From positions 1-31,264 of IMG/VR virus record IMGVR_UViG_3300044676_007062: a stretch of 31,264 nt of DNA; one strand, given 5' to 3'. Shown here in pieces: positions 26,293-31,264 of this stretch (position 1 is the stretch's first letter; every line of letters starts with the position of its first letter). The notes under the pieces are model-generated. The model saw only the letters and a program-made list of their open reading frames with translations. It made no database searches and was not told the DNA's origin. The position numbers and the translations under genes were made by a program. This DNA comes from a virus. Taxonomy: Duplodnaviria; Caudoviricetes.

Positions 26293-26989
26293 TTTATACA
26301 AAGCAGAGCGCATTGATAGCGCCGAGAATATAGCAAAAATAGCCGGCGTAATTAGTACAGATGAAATTGACTTACAAGGCGAGTCAGTAAAGCAGGACGG
26401 GCTAGACTTTACCTATTTTCTAAAAAAAGGTTGCTTCAACTATGAACATAAAGCCGGCGCTGAAAATATGTTAGGTTACCCAACTAAAGTCAGGCAGCGG
26501 AAAGGCTACACAGAGGTTGAGGGCGTTTTATTGTTAGACAAGCCCAAAGCACAAGATATATATCAAACGGCCCAAGCGCTAAGAAAAGCGGGACGGCAGC
26601 GCACACTAGGATTTAGTATAGAGGGTCAAGTGCTAGAGCGGGATTCAATGAAGCCCCAGCTAGTCACAAAAGCACGGGTCATTAATTGCGCTATAACGTC
26701 AAATCCAATTAACCCGAACACCAGCCTAGAATTGATAAAAAGCATCATGGCGTTAAAAGGGGTAGGTTATCAAACACCGTCCCAAATTGACTCTAATGGT
26801 ATTTCAGCGCTAGTCCCACAACAACTATCGAGTGACCTTGTAAACGCAAGCTCAATAGTAAATAGCGAGTTTAACTTGAGTGACGAGCGTTTAGAACGTA
26901 CAATACGAACACTAAACAAATTATTCCCTAGCGCACCAGCGCCAATGCTTGTGCGTATTTCCAAAAAATTATTAAGTGGAGAGATCTAA
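26282..26989 (+). CDS. Prohead protease (Herelleviridae-like)
   Basis: 'GVISTDEIDLQGESV.QDGLD..YF...G.FNYEH', 'LGFSIEG', 'CAITSNPINP'. GTG start with GGAG upstream. Confidence 0.88.
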   Translation: MWINLYKAERIDSAENIAKIAGVISTDEIDLQGESVKQDGLDFTYFLKKGCFNYEHKAGAENMLGYPTKVRQRKGYTEVEGVLLLDKPKAQDIYQTAQALRKAGRQRTLGFSIEGQVLERDSMKPQLVTKARVINCAITSNPINPNTSLELIKSIMALKGVGYQTPSQIDSNGISALVPQQLSSDLVNASSIVNSEFNLSDERLERTIRTLNKLFPSAPAPMLVRISKKLLSGEI

Positions 26990-27570
26990 TGGATTCACAG
27001 GAATTAATCCAAATGATGAAAAGCGTGGGCGCATCCGACGAGGTCGCAGAGGTGCGAGCCCGTGACTTTATCCGACAAAAAGAGGACAATGAGCGATTTG
27101 AAAAGTCATTGACCGCCTTGGAAGATGTAGCACTTGCACAGCAAGAAGCAGAAGAAGCGCATCAAGACCGCCTTGTTAAAGCCTTTGACGACGGTCAGCA
27201 ATCAGTAGCAGAAGCAATGGCGCCCGCCCTTGATTCATTGCTTGCAGAGCAACGAGCCCAGAACGAAGCACTTTGCAAGGGCCTAACCGGTGCTTTAGAG
27301 CTCATTAAAAGCTTAAAGGCAGATGTACAAGCGCTAAAGGGTCAGAATGTAGCAGTAGAAGCGCCAGCAATGGCTAAAAGCGTTTCTTACTTACCGTCCC
27401 CAAATGACAATGTGAATAATGACAGTGATCTGAGCCGTGACGAGCTTTTTAAGGCTTTAGGCGAAATCTCTACTAACTCACCGGAACGAGCAGCGGACCT
27501 TATGAAAGCCGCCGCTTTACTAGAATCCGGCGTAAATCCGAACGAAATCAAGAGCCGTTTTAACATTTAA
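26989..27570 (+). CDS. Putative scaffolding protein
   Basis: Between protease and MCP; acidic coiled coil with about 10 xxK[AGS] motifs (MMKS, FEKS, LVKA, LCKG, LIKS, MAKS, LFKA, LMKA and others). Confidence 0.7.
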   Translation: MDSQELIQMMKSVGASDEVAEVRARDFIRQKEDNERFEKSLTALEDVALAQQEAEEAHQDRLVKAFDDGQQSVAEAMAPALDSLLAEQRAQNEALCKGLTGALELIKSLKADVQALKGQNVAVEAPAMAKSVSYLPSPNDNVNNDSDLSRDELFKALGEISTNSPERAADLMKAAALLESGVNPNEIKSRFNI

Positions 27571-27580
27571 GGAGAAAATT

Positions 27581-29032
27581 ATGTCTTACGGTGTACCCTC
27601 AAGCGCAGATATGGCGGCTCTAATGGGCCAATTACAAAAAGCAAATAGCAGTTATGTTGGCTATCAAAGCCCCCTAGTACCAGCGGGCGGAAGTCAAGTT
27701 GCTAATAACATTTCACCGCTAGTCCCTCAGCAATTAGCACAAACTTTGAGCATTGCTACCTCTAGCATGAATGATCTTAAGTTGTGGCCTATGCTCTCAA
27801 AGGTAGCGGCTCAAAATACAGTTGTTGAATATAACCGAGTTTTACAGCACGGTGCAGAACACGCCCCTTTCATTGCAGAGGGCGGAACCGCCGCACTAAA
27901 CCGCTCAACCTATGAAAAGGTTGCTGTACAAATCAAGTACATGGCTGAACGCCGTGAAGTGACCGATCAAGCTTCAATGGTTAATATCGTTGGGCCAAGT
28001 GCGGACGGTATTGCAGAAGAAACCCGCCGTGGTACAGAGAACCTTTTACGCCGCCTTGAAAAAGAATTATTTCATGGCGATAGCTCTCTAAACCCGCTTG
28101 CTTGGGACGGTATTATTAAGCAAATCAAAGACGGCGGTAATGTTGCAGATTTGCGTGGCAAGGCCGTAGATGCTCTTTATCTTTCAGAGGTACTAGGCGC
28201 TCTTTATTCGGCGCCTTTCTATGGTATGATCTCTCATATCCTAGTGACTCCTAAAGTGCTTTCTGAGCTCATTAAACAAACTGTTCACCATGGCCGCCAT
28301 GATCAAATCCAAATCAGCGGTTCAAATGTGACCTTTGGTGCTCAATCTATCAGCATCACCGGCCCTTATGGTCCTGTTCCTGTTGTGGCTTGTCCTTTCC
28401 TAGAACGCCATGATCGCATTGCGCCAGCTTTAGCAACTAGCTCAGTATTTGACGGCACCGTCACCGCCCCTACAATCGGCGTAGCAGCGGCAGCGGCTCA
28501 AAATGCGGCTTCTAAGTTTGTAGCGGCTGATCAAGGCGACTACATCTATCGTGTTGTACCGGTAGGTAAAGACGGTGTTGGTGAAGCGGTTGACACCGTA
28601 GCGGTTTCAGTTGTAGCGGGTGATCAAGTTACATTTACTATCGCTCAAACTAACACTACCCAAGTTGATTTCTACCGTGTCTATCGTAGTGCGGCAGATG
28701 CGGCAAATGCTGACGGCGCTTTGCTTATTGGTGAGATTGCCCGTACTAATGCGGCTACTGTTTTCACTGATAATAATGAAGATATTCCGGGCTGTTCTGA
28801 TATTGTCTTTGTCAATCAGAGCCCCGATTATATGTGCTATTATCAAATGCTTTCTTTGGTACGCCGTCCGCTTGCACAGCTTTCAACTAGCTATCCATTC
28901 CTCTTAATGATGTTTGGTGCGCCGGCTGTTAAGCTACCTAGCAAGATGTTTGTTGTTACGAACGCCGGTGTTAATGCATCAAGCGGCCTAAGTGGTCTTA
29001 GTGACCCGATTCTACTTGGCTTGAACCCATAA
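27581..29032 (+). CDS. Major capsid protein (SPO1/Herelleviridae-like, with internal beta-sandwich insertion)
   Basis: 'TVVEYNR', 'FIAEG', 'IKYM', 'EKELFHGDS', 'WDGIIKQI', 'DLRG', 'FYRVYR', 'FTDNNEDIPG'. Strong AAGGAG SD; predicted maturation site LQK-A at residues 18-21. Confidence 0.9.
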   Translation: MSYGVPSSADMAALMGQLQKANSSYVGYQSPLVPAGGSQVANNISPLVPQQLAQTLSIATSSMNDLKLWPMLSKVAAQNTVVEYNRVLQHGAEHAPFIAEGGTAALNRSTYEKVAVQIKYMAERREVTDQASMVNIVGPSADGIAEETRRGTENLLRRLEKELFHGDSSLNPLAWDGIIKQIKDGGNVADLRGKAVDALYLSEVLGALYSAPFYGMISHILVTPKVLSELIKQTVHHGRHDQIQISGSNVTFGAQSISITGPYGPVPVVACPFLERHDRIAPALATSSVFDGTVTAPTIGVAAAAAQNAASKFVAADQGDYIYRVVPVGKDGVGEAVDTVAVSVVAGDQVTFTIAQTNTTQVDFYRVYRSAADAANADGALLIGEIARTNAATVFTDNNEDIPGCSDIVFVNQSPDYMCYYQMLSLVRRPLAQLSTSYPFLLMMFGAPAVKLPSKMFVVTNAGVNASSGLSGLSDPILLGLNP

Positions 29033-29052
29033 TCTGACGGGGGTAAGAATAA

Positions 29053-29292
29053 ATGTGGCTTTGTGAACATAGAAAAGACGGGACTTTATCACTTGCGGAC
29101 GGTCTAGTAATTATTAAAGATTATAAGATTGTAAGTGAATTGAGCGACGCACAGACGGCAAAGCTTCATTTATTGCCCCGTTGGAAGTGGGTCCAACAAG
29201 AAGAAGAACAAGCGCCAGCAATGGAAGCAAAAACAGAGGAAGCGCCCAAGCCAAAGAAACGGCGAGGGCGCCCCCGTAAAAATCAAGGATAA
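29053..29292 (+). CDS. Small post-capsid protein with basic AT-hook-like tail
   Basis: Position after MCP; C-terminus KPKKRRGRPRK. Confidence 0.6.
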   Translation: MWLCEHRKDGTLSLADGLVIIKDYKIVSELSDAQTAKLHLLPRWKWVQQEEEQAPAMEAKTEEAPKPKKRRGRPRKNQG

Positions 29293-29298
29293 GTCTAA

Positions 29299-30258
29299 AT
29301 GGCGACTATCAGCGACAGAGGTTTTGATACAAACTACCTAAAAAATACTTATTTGCTAGGTGTTGACCTAACTTTGGACGACGGTAGCCCTTATCCAGAT
29401 GATATATTTTCTAGCTCGATTGTACAGGCAGAAAGAGCCGTGAGCGACGAGCTAGGACTAACATTCTCTCCACAAACCTTTGCAGAGAGACACGATAAAG
29501 AGCCGGACGGGGCGCCGGCATGGTTTCCTATTAGGACACGATACCGGCCCTTAGTCAGTGTTGAAAAATTAAATGTAATCTATGGCCAAAGCACGACGAG
29601 AGCGGAATTACCGCCACAGTGGGCCACGGTCACGGAACCAATGGCCGGACAGATACACATAATCCCCACAACGGACGGCGCAAGCTCTTATATTATGAGC
29701 GGCGGCTTACCCGTGATCTTAGGACTTGGCGGGCTTCATGCTCAGTATTATATACCAGCATATTTTGAGCTCGAATATCTAGCCGGATTCCCGTTGTACA
29801 AAGGTACAGCGACTATCCAACAGGGTCAAACTAGCCTTGAAATTGCAACGCCGCAACGGTTCACAGATAGATATGATGCAGCCTTGACTTTGCCACAAGG
29901 GACCACGGCAAGCGTAATTAACAAGCGGTTTGATAGTTTTACCGTCAAGCTAGACCAAGCAGCAGCCGCAAATATAGACTTGTCATGGACGATTGACACC
30001 TTACCGGCGGATATAATCAGAGCGGTATGCTTGAAAGCGTCACTTTTAACGCTAGATGTAGCGGGTGACTTGATTAGTGGCGCCGGTATAGCGTCGGTTA
30101 GTACCAGCCTAGACGGCTTGAGTCAGAACATTAACACGACCTCAAGCGCTACAAACTCGGGCTATGGCGCCCGTGTGATTCAATTCACAAAGGAATATAA
30201 AGAGCTAATGGCAACGCTAAAGGCGACTTATAGAGCAATGAACATTGCAGCGCTTTAG
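29299..30258 (+). CDS. Head-tail adaptor / neck protein
   Basis: 'YLLGVDL', 'AE..V..ELG', 'EYLAG', 'GDLISGAGIASVSTSLDGLSQNINTTSSATNSGYGARV' match the SPO1-like neck protein pattern. Confidence 0.8.
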   Translation: MATISDRGFDTNYLKNTYLLGVDLTLDDGSPYPDDIFSSSIVQAERAVSDELGLTFSPQTFAERHDKEPDGAPAWFPIRTRYRPLVSVEKLNVIYGQSTTRAELPPQWATVTEPMAGQIHIIPTTDGASSYIMSGGLPVILGLGGLHAQYYIPAYFELEYLAGFPLYKGTATIQQGQTSLEIATPQRFTDRYDAALTLPQGTTASVINKRFDSFTVKLDQAAAANIDLSWTIDTLPADIIRAVCLKASLLTLDVAGDLISGAGIASVSTSLDGLSQNINTTSSATNSGYGARVIQFTKEYKELMATLKATYRAMNIAAL

Positions 30259-30267
30259 GGGCTTATT

Positions 30268-31083
30268 ATGATTCTCAATAGCCGTGTACCTAACAAGCTG
30301 ATACCAAGAGCCGACTTTAAGCCGGAACAGTTTAGAAAAGTGATCATGTCTCACGGCATGGACCTCTCTTGGCAACAAAGCGCCGAATGTCCTTGCAGCA
30401 ATCCCAGCGCCGACTATGGGTTCAATATAGCGAGTCAAAGCACCGCCTACAGTGAGCAAGCTAGAAATGATTGTGAAGCTTGTTATGGGCGGGGCTATAT
30501 ATGGCACAGTAAACAACAAATAAGGGCCGTAGTCACAGGACTAAGAAAAGATGATCAAAGGTTTAGCGATATAGGCGGTACAGAGTTTAGCAAGGGTCAG
30601 ATAGGTATCACATTACTACCGGAACACTTGCCAGCACTAGGGGACCGCTTCACCGTTTTAAGTAGTGCTATTGTTTACAGAGAAACCCTAACTAGATCAA
30701 ATACACTGATTGACGCCCCTAAATATCCAATCATAAAAAGAAGCCATGATCTAATTGGCGGCGTTATTGAGTTTGGATTACGGCACTTAGTTGTATCTGA
30801 TATAAACGGCGTTGTAGATCTAAATGCACAGCCTTTAAAGGGCACAGACTACCAAGTAAGCGCCACCGGTCAAATTGAATGGCTAGACGCACAAACAGCA
30901 CCCACACAAGGCCAACGATTCTCTATTGAGTATTACGCAAACCCAACTTATATAGTGACCAGCCACCCCCATGTAGTCAGAGATACACAGATTCAATTTA
31001 AAGCGCCGGCGCCCTATCATGCAGAATTGCCAATTTACGCAGAAGCAACCTTAGAGTTTTACGGAACACCCGAGGGGGCCTAG
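30268..31083 (+). CDS. Head completion / neck protein
   Basis: 'W..S..CPC', 'CEACYGRGY' and 'DRFT' motifs; typical gene after the adaptor in SPO1-like phages. Confidence 0.75.
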   Translation: MILNSRVPNKLIPRADFKPEQFRKVIMSHGMDLSWQQSAECPCSNPSADYGFNIASQSTAYSEQARNDCEACYGRGYIWHSKQQIRAVVTGLRKDDQRFSDIGGTEFSKGQIGITLLPEHLPALGDRFTVLSSAIVYRETLTRSNTLIDAPKYPIIKRSHDLIGGVIEFGLRHLVVSDINGVVDLNAQPLKGTDYQVSATGQIEWLDAQTAPTQGQRFSIEYYANPTYIVTSHPHVVRDTQIQFKAPAPYHAELPIYAEATLEFYGTPEGA

Positions 31084-31264
31084 ATGATTGATCTAAAAGA
31101 ATACGGCTTAGATTCACGATCTAGGCGGGCCCGCATGAAAAGAATTGGCGTCGCAATCGTAGCAGCTTGGAGAGCTAGCGCAAGTGAGTCCGGTTTAAAA
31201 AGCACATTGCGAGAGTATAAGAGGGGCGTACAAATCACAGAGTCAAGCGAGAGTCATGTAATAG
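31084..31264 (+). CDS. Neck / tail-completion protein, truncated by window end
   Basis: ATG directly after the previous stop; frame open to the end (MIDLKEYGLDSRSRRARMKRIG..LKSTLREYKRGV). Confidence 0.5.
   Translation, partial: MIDLKEYGLDSRSRRARMKRIGVAIVAAWRASASESGLKSTLREYKRGVQITESSESHVI

Noticed and set aside
28450-28780. Beta-sandwich insertion in the major capsid protein as a novelty
   Set aside because: A comparable insertion is a normal feature of SPO1/Herelleviridae-type capsid proteins.
310-30519. Numerous short antisense or alternate-frame ORFs overlapping the main genes (e.g. 310-630, 4125-4649, 18272-18724, 24373-24807, 28620-28907)
   Set aside because: They lie largely or wholly within well-supported genes and have no recognisable motifs.
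1-31264. Alternative genetic code
   Set aside because: Genes are full length under the standard code, and TAA, TAG and TGA all terminate tightly packed ORFs.

Overview
Head-morphogenesis region of a large tailed dsDNA phage (Caudoviricetes; standard genetic code). The head and neck genes resemble those of SPO1/Herelleviridae-type myoviruses. Gene order on + strand: candidate TerS, then a reverse-strand island of small early genes (sigma70-like promoter, repeated leaders, terminator), small putative internal head proteins, TerL, fibre/decoration proteins, a lysis cassette with a CHAP enzyme, portal, a 1511-aa modular protein, dCMP deaminase, class II RNR, SNF2 helicase, a 959-aa paralogous modular protein with a DdrB-like ParB domain, MuF, prohead protease, scaffold, major capsid protein and neck proteins. 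Two observations stand out. (1) Both giant proteins are built from unrelated modules joined by the linker NFETMPE, whose 17-bp DNA core AACTTTGAGACTATGCC is identical in all 7 copies; one 516-bp module is flanked by perfect 47-bp direct repeats. This suggests an in-frame cassette-shuffling system for virion-delivered cargo. (2) A family of N-terminal leaders (MF.DL[IVL]K[AG]) and terminal hydrophobic-x-K[AGS] motifs matches the predicted capsid-protein maturation site, suggesting a capsid-targeting and processing code. All family assignments come from motif recognition by eye; no database searches were run.
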